A stretch of 64,000 nt of DNA, taken from the NCBI RefSeq assembly GCF_009914755.1, contig NC_060925.1. One strand, given 5' to 3'. Below, piece by piece: positions 37,814 through 56,770 of this stretch (position 1 is the stretch's first letter; each line of letters opens with the position of its first letter). A model generated the notes under the pieces. It saw only the letters and a program-made list of their open reading frames with translations. It did no database searches and was not told the DNA's origin. This DNA comes from the human T2T-CHM13v2.0 reference genome, Homo sapiens. The translations under genes and the position numbers were made by a program.

Positions 37814-38839
37814 TCTTAGCAGTTGTAACTCAATTAAGAGTGCTAATTCCAAATGCAAACTGGTGGATAGATAGGTTTATTTTTCTGGGACTTAATTACT
37901 CCAGAAGTGGTGCAAGTAAAGCTGGCCTCATTTAAAGTCTCTTGGTACACTGTCTAAATGGTCTCCTAAATGTCACCTTTAGAGGCAAGGAGACAGCATA
38001 GGCTAGTGAGTCCAGCACTGCCCTGGTTATCTGTAGGACTTGGTACTAAGTCTGGATTTGTTTCTAATTGGCCAGTTAAGCTGATTCAGGTCACTGGAGC
38101 ACTCTGAACACATCTGTAAAATGGGGAAATTGAATGAGATGACCTCTCAACGCTTTCCAGGCTTTGCATTCTTCAGATCCCTGGTAGTTTGAAGGTGGAA
38201 GGTGCTACCAAGCTTCTCATGATGCCCAACCACTGCCTGCACCACCCAGCTCTCCAAGAGTTGTGCTCAAAACATTGCTTTGGGCCTCTCTGGAGAAGGG
38301 CCTTTCATTTTCGGTGTCCTATTATTAACCTTTTTCCAAGCTCTATTTTCCAAGTTTAGGTTGGCTCATCAGAGTTGAACATGGACTGTTTGGATTTTTG
38401 CCCAAGCTGTTCTCTGAGCCTGATAGCACATTCATTACTCCCTGCCCATGGTTTCTGCTAAATGACCTCGTTAGTGCTCTAATTACATGTTGCTCTTCAG
38501 AAAGTTGGGGGTGGTGGATGAGTTAAGAAAGGCTGAGTACTGAGATGGAGTACATTGTAAACACATTGAATGACACCTACCTTCCCCTGGCCTGATTACC
38601 CGTGGGGAGTTGGAGGGAAGTGCTATGCTTTTCCTCTTCTCTTCCTTTTTCAGTACACATCAAAACATAATAATAACACATACCAAATGTGTTGGTAGTA
38701 ATTGGTAATACATGAATTTGAAAGCTGGATGGTGATATTTTTATAACTTAATTTATGTGGAACCAGAGAATGAAAAAAACAAAAACAAAAACAAAAAAAC
38801 AGAAAACAAAAACAACGTAGAGGAGAAAGAAATGAAAAC

Positions 38840-39050
38840 AAATGTTTTTCTGAGCACCTACCATGTGCTCATGTAGGTTTTTGTTTATCCTGCCAACAAC
38901 CCTATGGGCTAGTTATTATGCTAGCAGTAATGAAGAAGTAGGGTCAGAGAGGCTTAAGTATTTTCCAAGGTGACAAAACAAGTATGTGGGAGCATTGGGA
39001 ATTGAACCCAGGTGTGTCTGATTCCAAATCTCAATATTCCATGCTGCCTC
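38840..39050 (-). mobile_element. MIR
   Basis: TGAGCACCTACCATGTGC...AACAACCCTATG...CAGAGAGGCTTAAG...GAACCCAGGTGTGTCTGATTCCAAA. Confidence 0.7.
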
Positions 39051-39650
39051 TCCATTCATTCATGCATTCATCCAACAAATATACTCTGATCTCTCTTCTA
39101 TGACTAAATATAATCTCAGTTTCTGTACTACTATTTCAGAATTAATTCTACAAATTCCTCAGATGAATCTAAACTCGTAGTGGTATATTCTTCCCTTGTG
39201 ATTTTCTCTGTCCATTTACGTTTCTTATACTTCTGCCTTGAAGATCAGATCACAGATCTGAGATGCAGGACCCTGAGGGTTATATTTAAAGATTACACTG
39301 AGCTAACTTCTTATTTTTCCATTAAGAAAACAAGTTCAATGACTTGTTGAAGTGGTAAACTAGGGCCTGTACTTTTTGCTAGACTACGTAATGAGGATGC
39401 CAAGAGCAGAGTTGAATTTACTTGGGGTACAGAGAAAGGATGATTGTGTATCATAACAAACATGAATAATTTCAAATACTTTCAAGTTCCCCTTGGGTAG
39501 TGTGTGCACATGACAAGAGGTTCTATACCCATCACGCATGGAGATTGATTAGCAAGTGACTTTAACTTAAGCCTGTTAACTACAAAACCACGAGGGTCAC
39601 ATTTTAATGAAAAAGAACTTGTCTTCCAGACTGGATATCTTAAGTGTGTG

Positions 39651-39676
39651 TTGTTTGTTTGTTTGTTTGTTTGTTT
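39651..39676. repeat. (TTTG)n tetranucleotide repeat
   Basis: TTGTTTGTTTGTTTGTTTGTTTGTTT. Confidence 0.85.
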
Positions 39677-41002
39677 TCTGAGGCTTCCTGTTGGGTGATG
39701 TTAAGGTGAGCTAGTAGAGTCAAATCTTTTACTTGTCCCTCCTGAATTCTCTTGGCCACATTTTTCTGAAAGTGGCGAATGCAGTATGTTGAGTGATGAG
39801 AGATGTTCACACTTAGGACAGAATAGATGATGTGATAGTAATGTTAACAGGATGCAACTTTAACCATGTGATGAACTTTCTTAAAACAGGGGTTCTTACC
39901 CATCTGATGACTGATTAGTATTTCAGCATAGAAATTGGAATTTGCAAACCAAGCATCTTAAAAAATGTGAGTATTATTTGTTTGACAGACTGTCAAGACA
40001 CGTGTGCAGGCTTAAGGTATTAGTTTATTCTATAGCAATCAAGTTGTTATTATAACTACAAGAAAACTGGAAAAATAAGACTTTTCACAGTCAAATCATC
40101 CATCGGAAAGAAACTATTAAAAAAAAAAACCCAAAGAACAAAACTTTGAGCTATACCCTCAATCTATAGTATGTTTGCTGAATTGGGGGTGTGAAATAGC
40201 AGGAAACCATTACTGCATGTGATCATAGTTGTAATGATTCTACTATAACATAATAAACCTATATGTCTGCCTCGAAAAAAATTATAGATCTCATAGTAAA
40301 AAGCAACTTTTTATTCAACATTTATCAATTGGGAGAACTGCTCCCTTCTTCTGCAAAAAAGTCATTAAGCTGCATGTTTCACCACAGAATAACTTTTGGA
40401 AGAATTATTTAAACCTTCTACAGTAATTCACTTGCATTCCTCTTCTATTTTTAATAACCAAAAACATACATAAGAGATGTAAATATACCTCTAGAATTTT
40501 TGAATGACTGGACAAAGCAGAGTCAAAAATTCAACAGCACTAATTACTAGCTGAGCAGTATAAAAGCCTCTGAATAAATGTCAGCCTAGGAGATAAGCTC
40601 TTATCTTAATCTAATGACTCCACAGACTTAATTTGTCAGGCCAGCCTAGTTGATGAAAAACAGGTTTCTATTCTCCAGTGTTAGCAGGAACATCTTTCCA
40701 AATCTTTGAAGTTGGATAGTAATAACATCAGTGTCATCCTGTAAAAAATCTTGTGACCAAGCCAATTTAATTCCTATTGTCCTGTTACACTAATTAAAGT
40801 TGTTCTACCCCTCTTGGACAAATATCTAAAAGTGAAGCCAGTGTATTTTTAGATTTGCCACATTTTGAACTAACCCTCAAATCCCCGTGTTTTGTGATTT
40901 TTTTTTCTCATAGTATTGGATCATCAGGGACCATCTATCTTCTTTTGAGAAAGCTGAGCTTTCCAGAGAAATCCATTAATTCAGAGGAATCCTTTAACTG
41001 AG

Positions 41003-41230
41003 AGGCTGTGTAGCAGAGTGGTTACGAGTACGGACTCTGAGAGAGAAAGGCCTGGGGAAATTTTTGCTCTGTCATTTGCAAGCTGTGTGACTTTGAGTAA
41101 ACTTTCTAAACTTTCCTAACCTCAATTTAATTATCTGTGAAATGGGGGATAATCATAGATATTGTGAGGGTTAGATAATATAATCCATGTTAAGAATTTA
41201 GAGTGCCTGAGCCTTATACTTAAACAGTTA
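41003..41230 (+). mobile_element. MIR, followed by an L2 tail on the minus strand (~41230-41380)
   Basis: AGCAGAGTGGTTACGAGTACGGACTCTG...AGCTGTGTGACTTTGAG...ATCTGTGAAATGGGGGATAAT. Confidence 0.75.
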
Positions 41231-41815
41231 TTCATTCATTAACTCATTAGTTCATTCAACCAACAAATACATACTGAGTACTAAAAAGGCTGTAACACAT
41301 GCTAGGCGTTATAGGACATAAGAAGAACCAAAAGACGAGGCCCTTTGCCTTTGTAAGACTTTGAATAAACTTCCTGTTTGAGGAAGCCCAAGCCTGACAT
41401 AACGAGCTGATCTCACTATGCCTGGGATAGGATTGCCACAGATTTATCGGGACTTTCCACCTAAACTCCATTGTGAACCCTGTGGCTGGCTTTTCAGTAA
41501 AATGGGGATGTAAATTTCCATCTCCAAAGTCTATTGTGCACATGGCATGAGATAATATATGGGGGACAGCCAGATGTTGGTGGCCTCTCAGTTCCTTGTC
41601 TCTCTCATCCCTGTGACCCACAATCACACGCATGGTACTTATGGTGCAAATATATCTAGTGAGTTCTCCTGTCTTGTTTCATCCTAGTATTGTCAGACAA
41701 TGTAATGTTCCTTGCAGCAGTCCATACCCTCTCTGCTCAATCCCCTCCTGATGACTCGAACTGCACCCTACTGATGCTGTTTTATTGCATGGCACTTGAA
41801 GATACTTGTTGATCA

Positions 41816-42070
<255 letters not shown>

Positions 42071-42089
42071 CTATACTAGGAATCCCACT

Positions 42090-42510
42090 AGGTATTCAGA
42101 TACCTAAATATGTAAGATGCAGACCCTGCCCTTTGGGAACTTGGCAGTGTGAGGTACATGCTGTGACAGAGATGCCTGGAGTTCAGGGGGAGATATTGGG
42201 TAGTGGGAAGGGGGACATTCAACTCAGACTGGGCACTCAGGGAAGGTTCTCCAGAGGAGAGGAATAGGGCTTACCTCTGAAAACTCATTAACAGTCCTTT
42301 GAGGAAAGGTGTAGGGAAATGATTCCAGGTTGAGAAATCAGCGTGTGCACATGGAAGAAAGTGGTTCAGTAGAAGAGTGAAGGGCCTGGGTGATGGTGTG
42401 CTGGGAGATGAGGTGACACTGAAAGATCATAAAGGTCTTATGTGATGAGGAGTTAGAATTCCATCCTGCAAGCAACAGGACCCATTGATAAATTTTAAGG
42501 CTGTTAATTT
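42090..42510 (-). mobile_element. L2 fragment
   Basis: CCCTGCCCT...CAGGGAAGGTTCTCCAGAGGAG...ATTCCAGG...GATCATAAAGGTCTT...GAGGAGTT. Confidence 0.6.
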
Positions 42511-42580
42511 TCATTAACGTGGGTCTTGGGCCCAGAAAGCAGTTTATGTCTGTGTTTTGGGGTTTCTGTTCACCATTTTC

Positions 42581-42855
42581 TTTTCTTTTTCTTTTTTTTT
42601 TTTGAGACTGAGTCTCGCTCTGTCTCCCAGGCTGGAGTGCAGTGGCGCGATCTCGGCTCACTGCAGGCTCCGCCCCCCGGGGTTCACGCCATTCTCCTGC
42701 CTCAGCCTCCCGAGGAGCTGGGACTACAGGCGCCCGCTACCTCGCCCGGCTAATTTTTTGTATTTTTAGTAGAGACGGGGTTTTACTGTGTTAGCCAGGA
42801 TGGTCTCGATCTCCTGACCTCGTGATCCACCTGCCTCGGCCTCCCAAAGTGCTGG
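42581..42855 (-). mobile_element. AluY missing ~30 nt of its 5' end
   Basis: CpG-rich AluY body stops at CCCAAAGTGCTGG. 15-bp TSD CTGTTCACCA(T/C)TTTC at 42566-42580 and 42856-42870. Confidence 0.92.
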
Positions 42856-43945
42856 CTGTTCACCACTTTCATGACCTCTGATTACATTATCTTCCATCCG
42901 GCTCTCAGCCAGTCCCTCTCTTCCTGGTCTCCTGTCTGTTCTGCTACACCCAGAGCTGCTTCTGCTTTGAAAACTCCAGCAGCAGCATTCCCGTCCCTAG
43001 TCACCATCTCTTACTCTCCACCTTGTCCTTTCCTTCTCTCCTGCAAAGGCTGCTCCCACCAAGCCTCAGAGTCACAGTCATTCCTTTGACCCTGTCTACT
43101 CTCCCAGTCCTCCTGCCCTTTCTGGGCTTTATTTCCCATCCTACCTGGGCAGGATCCTATGGTGGTTTCTCCTACTACCTTGTTAATTCCCTCCCACCCC
43201 CAATCTTTAACTTCATCCGTTCCTGTCATTGGCTGGAGAAAATGGAATAACCTTGGCTGTTAATTCCACTTATCATTTATGGTATCCAGTTTTAAGTTGA
43301 GTTCTCAGTATGGCCCTTTTCCTTGACTCTAGTAGACTTCCATTTCTATTCCTTACTGACACACTGTTTTAGGCTATTACCGTTTGTACAAGACAGGTTT
43401 GGTGGGCATGCCTAATGTGCTCTGGGAACTGTCCTCTAGGTAGCTACATTCTTCAGTGTGTAACCCATCCCCTGCCCCAACCCTGACACAGGTATTTGGA
43501 CAAAAGATAGACACTTGATGCCCAAATCCCAGTGAGGCAATCAGATTTTCTTTTGACAATTTGTTCCTCTGTTATTTACATAGACTGCCTGTTACTTGAG
43601 TTACCTTCAATGGGTCTATTACTTTTGACTCAGAACGGTTGGCAAGATCACCCCATCCCTGAAGTCTCAACCCTACTCTTGCCCGCCTCACTCTCTCTAT
43701 TACATTTTAGGAAGAAAATGGAGGATCTCTAACCAGAAGCCCCTCAGGTTTCCCCTGGCTCTTTTCAATTATATTTCTTGATAGTTGACCTTGTCTCAGA
43801 GACTTGTACCTGGTTTCTTTCTCAAAATACAATGAGAATTTATCTACATGTATTGACTTATTATTGATATTTCATTTTATGCTTTCTATTTATTATGTTT
43901 TTCTTTTATTTTGTTTTTCTCCTTTCTTGCTATTTTGGGGTTGAG

Positions 43946-44244
<299 letters not shown>

Positions 44245-44678
44245 TGATTGAATTTGGTTTATTCCTTTGTCTTCTCCCATTTGTTTGGAATATATACTTA
44301 GGATTTCTATTCTTTTAGTAATTTTTCTTAGACTTTTAACAGACACATTTAAATTTACATTTTTCTCTCAAAGCTTAAAAGTACCTCTATCATTCTGTTG
44401 CCAGAAGCATTAACTTTCATCTGAATGAACTTCCATCACTCCTATACTAGAATTATCTAGTATTAGACTTCTACCCTGTTTCTAAGTATAGAAATTACTT
44501 GTATTATTTTTTATAATTAATACTTATTTAGATTTACTAACATGTTTTACAAAATTTTCCCCATACATTTGCTTCTTTCTTTAAGGTTATATTGTTTTCC
44601 TTACTAAATACATATTAAGTAGGGTTTTTTATTTTTATTTTATTTTTTGGTTCTGTTTTTAAAGAAAGGGTTTATTGT

Positions 44679-44980
44679 GGCCGGGCGCGGTGGCTCACGT
44701 CTGTAATCCCAGCACTTTAGGAGGCCCATGCAGGTGGATCACGAGGTCAGGAGATAGAGACCATCCTGGCTAACACGGTGAAACCCCATCTCTACTAAAA
44801 ATACAAAAAATTAGCCTGGCGCGGTGGTGGGTGCCTGTAGTCCCAGCTATTCGGGAGGCTGAGGCAGGAGAACGGCGTGAACCGGAAGGAGGAGCTTGCA
44901 GTGAGCTGAGATCGCGCCGCTGCACTCTAGCCTGGACCACAGAGCAGCGAGACTCTGCTCAAAAAAAAAAAAAAAAGAAA
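44679..44980 (+). mobile_element. AluY
   Basis: GGCCGGGCGCGGTGGCTCAC...ACCATCCTGGCTAACACGGTGAAACCCC...GGCGTGAACC...GAGCTTGCAGTGAG and poly-A. Confidence 0.93.
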
Positions 44981-45094
44981 GAAATAATTTATGGTAAATA
45001 ATTAAATAATTTTCTGAATCCAACCTGTTGAATGGTAGTTTGTAGAGAATTTCAAAGTCAGTGTTTTTTCTTGGCACTATTATTCCACAGACTT

Positions 45095-50003
<4,909 letters not shown>

Positions 50004-50012
50004 CATAGACTT

Positions 50013-50650
50013 CTTATTGCTATTGTTGCTAATGAGAAGTCTGCTGTCAATATGATTGTCATTCTCTTAAAGATTGACTTTTTTCTCTTTTTTTCTGACT
50101 CTTTTATTTTGATATTGTGCTCTTTCACTACAGTATATCTAGGTATAGATTTTTAAAGATTTGCCCTTCTTGTCACTTGATGAGCTCTCTCAGTCTCAGA
50201 ACTCATGACTCTCTTCAGTTTTGGAAAATTCCCAACTACTGTCTTACACACCCACACCTTCAACACTCTCTCTAGTCTATGCTTAAGAAACTATTGTCAA
50301 ATATATGTTGGAACTTATCTTTGAACTTTTCCTTCTTTTTTTCTTCAGCTTTTTATCTTTTTTGATAGCTTTTTCAGTGATTTTTTTCATTTCTTTCTGC
50401 CAGTTCATTGATGTCTAGCCTTTTAAATCTATCTATTAAATTTTTTAATTTCATAAATGTTTTGCATTTTAAAGACGTTTTCATTTTCTTCTTTCCTGGT
50501 CTTTTATGGGTATTATTTCTTTTTTCATTGCTTTGAAGATGTAAAAATCTATTCTTTTTAATGTTCTTTTTATATTGCCCAAGTATCTCTATTTTCTTGG
50601 GTTTAACTTCAGTTTTCTGCTTTATTGATACTTTCTCCTTGATATCCTCC
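50013..50650 (-). mobile_element. Ancient L1M fragment, part 2 (ORF1 region)
   Basis: ATTGTTGCTAATGAGAAGTCTGCTGTCAAT...CTCTTCAGTTTTGGAAAATTC, typical reverse-strand old L1 ORF1. Confidence 0.6.
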
Positions 50651-51734
50651 TTATGGGAATGGTTTTATGGTTGCTCCTGCTGAAGCTGTACAGTCATGGC
50701 TTTGTTGGGTCTATCACCCTACAGAAATGATCCAGTTCTAGGCCCTTGCCCTGAATGTAGTGTGGACTCAAGTGCTAGTCTAGTGTGGGAACTCAGTGCT
50801 TACTCCTGTTTATGGGTAGGTGACTTCTTTCTTGCTGTAATGGAAATATTTTGGCAGCCATTAATGGCTATAAAGCACTATACTGACTTCTAGCTTCATG
50901 TGGGTGGTTTGACCCCATGTTGTGTATTAGATATTCAGCTTTAGTTTACGTTTACCTGGTTTTCCATCTATTTTTTTCTTTTTAAATATTTCTTTTTAGG
51001 AAGATTCCACTGGCTTTTGTTTGTTTATGGAGTATGTTCTTGTTTTTGAGCATGAGTACAATGTTTTAAGAATTCTTTCATTTTTTAACTTTACTAATAG
51101 TGTATGAAGGATCTCATCATGAGTTTTTTTACAATTCATACTTTGCTCTTGAAAATTTACATTCACTATACTTATACATTACTTTTTACTTCCTTATTTA
51201 TAATATCCTAATATTTTTATGTTTATATTTTATTCTATAATATAGCTGTTTTATTGTTAATTTGACTTTTACTTTCACAAAACAATACATGTATATTATT
51301 TCAAAAGTCATGTAATACTAAAAAGCTTATAATGAACCAGAAGAGTTTTCCTTCTCACCCTGAATCCTCTACCCTAGTGACAACCACACAAAATTCTTCT
51401 CTTTCTCCTTATGTTTAACTTCATAGTTTGAATAATAGCTGACACTACTTACTGTGTAAGTCATTGTTCTAAGTACTCTAATTGATGTGATATAAATAAT
51501 GTGATTATTTATTAATCGATACATTTTAGTAATATTTTATTGCATTTTTGCTCTAACAGATAAAAATTTAACTCCTCCTTATTCTCTCCTTCTCCTTCCA
51601 CCTATCTGTTTAAATAAAACAATTTCAGTTTCTTTGCTATGCACATTCAGAGTTATGTCAAATAGTTTGTCACAACTGTGTTTTCTTCCTTGTAGGGCGT
51701 TTTATTTCTCCTGGAACTGAAAATTGCCTCGTTT

Positions 51735-51901
51735 ATTTTTGATCTGTAAATTTTTTTTAACTTTTTTTTTTTTTTTTTTTTTTAAGATGGGGTCTTATTC
51801 TGTTGCTCAGGCTAGACTTGAAATCCTAGGCTCAAGAGATCTTCCTGCCTCAGCCTCCCAAGTAGCCAGGACTATAGGTGCATGCCACCATGCCCAGTGC
51901 C
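51735..51901 (-). mobile_element. FLAM-type Alu monomer
   Basis: Long T tail then AGATGGGGTCTTATTCTGTTGCTCAGG...CCTGCCTCAGCCTCCCAAGTAGC. TSD TGCCTC(G/A)TTT at 51725-51734 and 51902-51911. Confidence 0.8.
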
Positions 51902-51919
51902 TGCCTCATTTTTTATGTC

Positions 51920-53350
51920 TCTTTAAAAAATATACTTATGATTAATTTTCCAAATGTTCTAATATTTCTACTATATCCCAATTTTAAAAATTTGTCCATG
52001 GATTCATATGGAGCAGCTCTGACTTTTCTAGAGAACTTCTCCAAAAAATGTTCCTCTCCTGCTCCAATAGGGACTTTTTTCTTCCTGGGAAATTGAACAG
52101 ATATCATTATATATTACTTTTGCCTCTCTCTTAGTCTGTTTTCTGGATTTTATGTCTTCATTTTTCTTGGTGTATTTCTTGTTTTTTTGAGGCATACATT
52201 CTAATAACTCTTTAAAACATTGTGATGTTTTAGTTCTTGCATGGTCTGATAAGCTGGGAATAGAATTGTAGATTGAAAATCATTTTCACTTAAAGTTTTG
52301 ATGACATTACTCTACTTTGTAAATGGATCTGAGGCTAACTGGGTTGATTTCTTTGTAAGAAATCTAATTTTCCCCACCTGGAAGTTTTTAACATCTGCAC
52401 CTTAATCTTTTATCCCTGGTGTTCTGAACTTTTACAGTAATGCATTTTGGTGTGAATTTTTTTTTTTGGCAAGATGGACACAGGAGTGGAGGGAAGGGTG
52501 GCTTGGGAATATTAGTGCTGGTGTGATTATTGTTTTGCTTCCTGGGGCTGCATTCAAATTTCATGTTAGTTGTTTAGTCATCATCCGTTATCAGGATTTT
52601 CAGTTCTTTCAAAATTTTTGAATTTGTTTTATGGCCTAGCATGTGTTTTATCATAGTGAACATACTATTGCACTTGAAGTTGTTGGACATGGGATTCTAT
52701 AAATATCTCTAAATATCAATTAGGTTCAGTTGTTCAGATTCTCTATGTATTCAGTGTTTTAAAAAATCTAGTTCTACGAATTGTTGAGAGTGGAGTATTC
52801 AAATTTCCCACTATGATTGTAGAATTTTTGTATATTTCTCCCTTTAATTCTGTCAATTTTTGCTTCATGTATTTTAAGGCTCTGTTATTTTGCACATATT
52901 TACCATTGTTATGTCTTCTTGATAAATTTACTCTTTAATCATTATAAAACATGTATGTCCATCTTTGGTAATACTCTTTGCCTTGAGGTCTGTTTTATTT
53001 GTTATTATAGCTACTTCAGCCTTTCTATAGCTTACCGTTTGCATTATATATCTTTTTTCATCCATATACTTTTGACCTATGTGTGTCATCATATTTAAGA
53101 CATGTCTCTTCTAGACAGGATATTGTAGAATCTTGCATTTAAAAAATCTATTCTTATAATTTCTGTGTTTTTATTGGTCCATTTAGTCCATTAACATTTG
53201 ATGTAATTAGTGATATGGTTTTATTTAGTTTGTCCCTTCTGAATTTTGTTCCTCTCATTCCCGTTTCCTTTTTTCTTTTGGATTGTTTGAATATTTAATT
53301 TATCTATTGGCTTCTTAGTGATACTACTTTACATTGCTTTAATATATGCT
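51920..53350 (-). mobile_element. Ancient L1M fragments (ORF1 and ORF2 EN region)
   Basis: GGGAATAGAATTGTAGATTGAAAATCATTTTC (ORF1-like). TTTTATGGCCTAGCATG...AAATTTCCCACTATGATTGTAG...TGTCAATTTTTGCTTCATGTATTTT (EN-like). Confidence 0.6.
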
Positions 53351-53367
53351 CCTAAACTGGTTTCTTC

Positions 53368-54047
53368 TGTGTCAATCAGAGTGCGGTCTGGAGAGAGAAA
53401 CCATAGCAGTTATTGAACAGCGAGACTTTAATATAAAAAGTGTTACCTAAGTAACTGAAAGGGTAAAAAAGGGACGAGGATATCATGAAAGTGGGAAGCA
53501 CCTATCCTCTTTAGGGTTGAGAGAACAAAGAGAAGAGATAATAATTTTTAAAACTTAGAAGCTTAAATGAGGAGTCTCATGGAGATAAAAGTCAGACCTC
53601 TGAGGAGAAGGTGCTGATATCTCTAAGTCAGAAAAAGGCTGGGACCCAGACTCTGTGCAGGAGGTGCTAGCCGCCAGCATATAATGAGGTCTTGGGATGG
53701 GAAGAGAGTGAAGTGAAGCTGGTTCTGCAAACTGGCAAAACTGAAAACTGGATTCAGCTGCTGATATTAGAAGGAACTGCCACTGATGGAGTGAAGTATT
53801 GCTGAGGTGAATCTCATAGGAACTACTAACAGATGGGAAGTCCACAGGAAGCAAATAGGTAGCAGATAGAAAGAAGCAAGTCTCTTCCTCCTCCAGCCTT
53901 TCAGTCTTCCTCTGACGTTTCCTATTAACAGAGACCTATTGGAAACCAGCTGGCAAAGCAAAAATGATGTTTGCAAAGTTCTAGCATCAAAAGTGGAGAA
54001 TAAAAGGGCAAGCTTGAAGCTAAGGGATAACAACTTAATAACTGGTC
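53368..54047 (-). mobile_element. Ancient LTR (LTR78-like; family uncertain)
   Basis: Starts TGTGTCAATCAGAG...GAGAGAGAAACCA...TTTAATATAAA and ends AACTTAATAACTGG, resembling an old mammalian solo LTR. Confidence 0.45.
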
Positions 54048-54179
54048 CTTCTTCCTATGATGTAGGACAAATTTACATCTCTCTTTTTTAAAAAAAATAT
54101 ATATTCTCTTGGACCTACTGGTTTATCAAGCTTCTACCAATTTTTCCTTCTCCTCCAGCATTCTTATCTCTTATTTCTC

Positions 54180-54790
54180 CCTTTATGATTAGTGATATCA
54201 CAGAGCCGGACATAGGGGAGAAACTGGTGCTCAGAATTATCTGCTGGATTAAGAGTAATACAGGATAGTAAATGATAAGTGTCAAATGACCAATACAAAC
54301 TCTAACTGCCATACAGGCTCAGGGGAGGGAGACGCTACCATGAACTTGGGTGGCTACAAAGACTGCATTGATAAGGTGGGTCTTGAGCTAAATAATGATA
54401 AATGAGAAAGGCTTAAATACATGAAAAGGGGGAGGAGACATTCAAGGTGAAGGGCACAGCATAAACAAAGACTTAGAGATAGAGATGAGCTAGATGTCTT
54501 TGCAAGACAGGCATGGCTGGAGCTGAGGCTTCCTATGGGAATTTGAGGCTATCCCGTGGATAGTGGCGACTTAACATCAGGCTAAATGGTGGAATTACAA
54601 AGAAGCAATTGGGACATTGTCCTGTAATCCTGTAAGAGCTGAAGAGGAGACATTCGTGGCTTTTTCAGTAGGAGAGGGTCATGATGAGATAATGCCAAAT
54701 CATAATACTGTGTAGGGTGAGTAGTGTGATGTTTGTTGTGCCCAGGTCTTCTGCATATATGTGTAGTAGACTGAATAGGAATCAGGAAAT
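54180..54790 (-). mobile_element. L2 fragment
   Basis: GGTGGGTCTTGAGCT...GACATTCAAGGTGAAGGGCACAGCATAAACAAAGAC...TGGCTGGAGC. Confidence 0.55.
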
Positions 54791-56559
54791 CAGCAAGGGA
54801 AACAAGTTTTTTAAAGACGTTTTTAAAGATTCTCAGATTTTATTATACTGAATTCAATTTCAGGGTCTACATTTAGAAGCAGGAAATTGCAAGAAGAAAC
54901 AAACAATGAGCTGGAGAGAAGTCCAAGAGATTGGAAGAGCATCCAAATGGTGTGGAAAAATGGAGAGGGAACAATTTCAGGTCAACATGCAGTCATCCTT
55001 GCCTCTGCAAGGGTGGGTGGCAACTTTAGAAGTAGGCAGTAATTTAGTTAGAGTCAGCACTTGAAATTAGGGATGGACCAGCTGCTTGTCAGTTGACACC
55101 ATTCCTGTTCCATTTTCTTACATGTACCACCTCCTCCCCTGTTGAGCTCATCATGCTATTTTTTTCGCTCTCTTTGAGGACCATCTTCGCTACTCTTTGA
55201 AAAAGAACATTTGCTTATGCCTTAAATTGTGGCAAAGTCTTGTACCTGTTTACCAGGATTTAAAATGGTTAAGATTGATTTTTTATCTATTTTCTTGAAT
55301 TGTGCTAACTCCTCCTTCTTCAAGGAAAACAATTTTACTGGAAAAAATTATTACTGATAGGTTCTGAAAAGGAACTGCAATATAGTGTTGAAATAAATTA
55401 AACCCATTTAGTAAACAGAATTGACATATTCAAATGAAGATGCTCTAGTTTTCTGTTCCACCAGTCTTTGCTACGCATACATGTGAAAGCGATTCTATTT
55501 TCTACCTTGGTTTCTGAACTTTCCTAAAGCATTTCTGTTGTTTTTAGGAGTAGCCAGTCCCTCTTGACTGGGGCCTGGGAAAGTCAGCCTCACCCTCTGG
55601 ACATGTAACTACAGCAAACCGCCTGGGCTGCCAGGCACGTTGGAGATCCTGTGGGTGCAAATCCTCAGAGACCAAGGGCAAGATAATCAGTCCAAGGAGA
55701 CAGTTAATTTTAGTACAAAAGAGGTTAGATATGATTTATTTCCAACACCAATGAACCAAGAGAGCTAACAATCATCAGAACAAAACACAGAACCATCAAA
55801 TACTCCATGTTAAAATGGCTTGTGTCAGCTGAGATCTGTCTCGTCATTAGCAAGGGAGGCGTGCTTCAGGTGGCTCAGAAGCGCCGGGGAGGACATATTC
55901 AGGTTGTCTTTACAAGCAAAGGGGTTTGTATCATCAGAGTTAGAGAAATGGGTTTGGAGACAGGAAAGAGAATAGGAGAAGAAAAGCAGGAGAGAGAGGA
56001 CAGGAGGGTTTTTATAGGAATATCATAGCTCATTCATCATTTCCTTCATCATCATTATCTTCAGAAAGCATAATGCTAGGACAGGATCCATATGACTTAT
56101 GCTGCCTCTTAATCATTCCTTTCAACTGCTGCAGAAAAATCCTCTCCATGGCTCTGCTTGTGGTGGAGCAGAGTTCAGCATGCCCATTGCCAAGCTCACC
56201 GTACTCCCTAACAGCATCTCCACCTAGGCAGGTGTATCGTTTTGTACTTGAGCAGTGTGTTCTCTTGCACTTGAGCAGAACAGGAGGACTTGTCAAAGGC
56301 TGTTGCGCATAGTCCCATTGTGGATTTAGTCAACTCTGCAAAAACCTTAAACAGCTTCTTTTCCTGTTCCTGGGACTCACATTGCATCTGAATCCCAGGG
56401 TTTGGAGGAAGACCTATAAAAACGCTATTGACAGCAGGGTGAGGGCTTAGACAGGGATGCACAAATCCTTAGATCCTTACGTTAACAAGGAAAAAGCCTT
56501 AGACCCTCTCTGTTCTTCTTTCAGGGACCTTACTTAACAGAATACTTTGGGTCCTGATT

Positions 56560-56770
56560 CCTGTCCCCTCTGTTTAGTCACCCTGTCCTCTCAGCAGTCA
56601 CTACATCATGTGCATACTTCTGTTATTACCTTCATGTATAACACATTATACAACCCTCATTTTTCCGTGGACTAGAACAATAGCTTAATTATCTGTGAAT
56701 CTCTTGGACCTAGATCGGTGCTTGGTATTTATATATTGAGTGAGTAAGTGACTGAATAAAGGAAAGAATG
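56560..56770 (+). mobile_element. L2 3' end (diverged)
   Basis: CATACTTCTGTTATTAC...ACATTATA...GGTGCTTGG...GAGTGAGTAAGTGACTGAATAAA. Confidence 0.45.
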
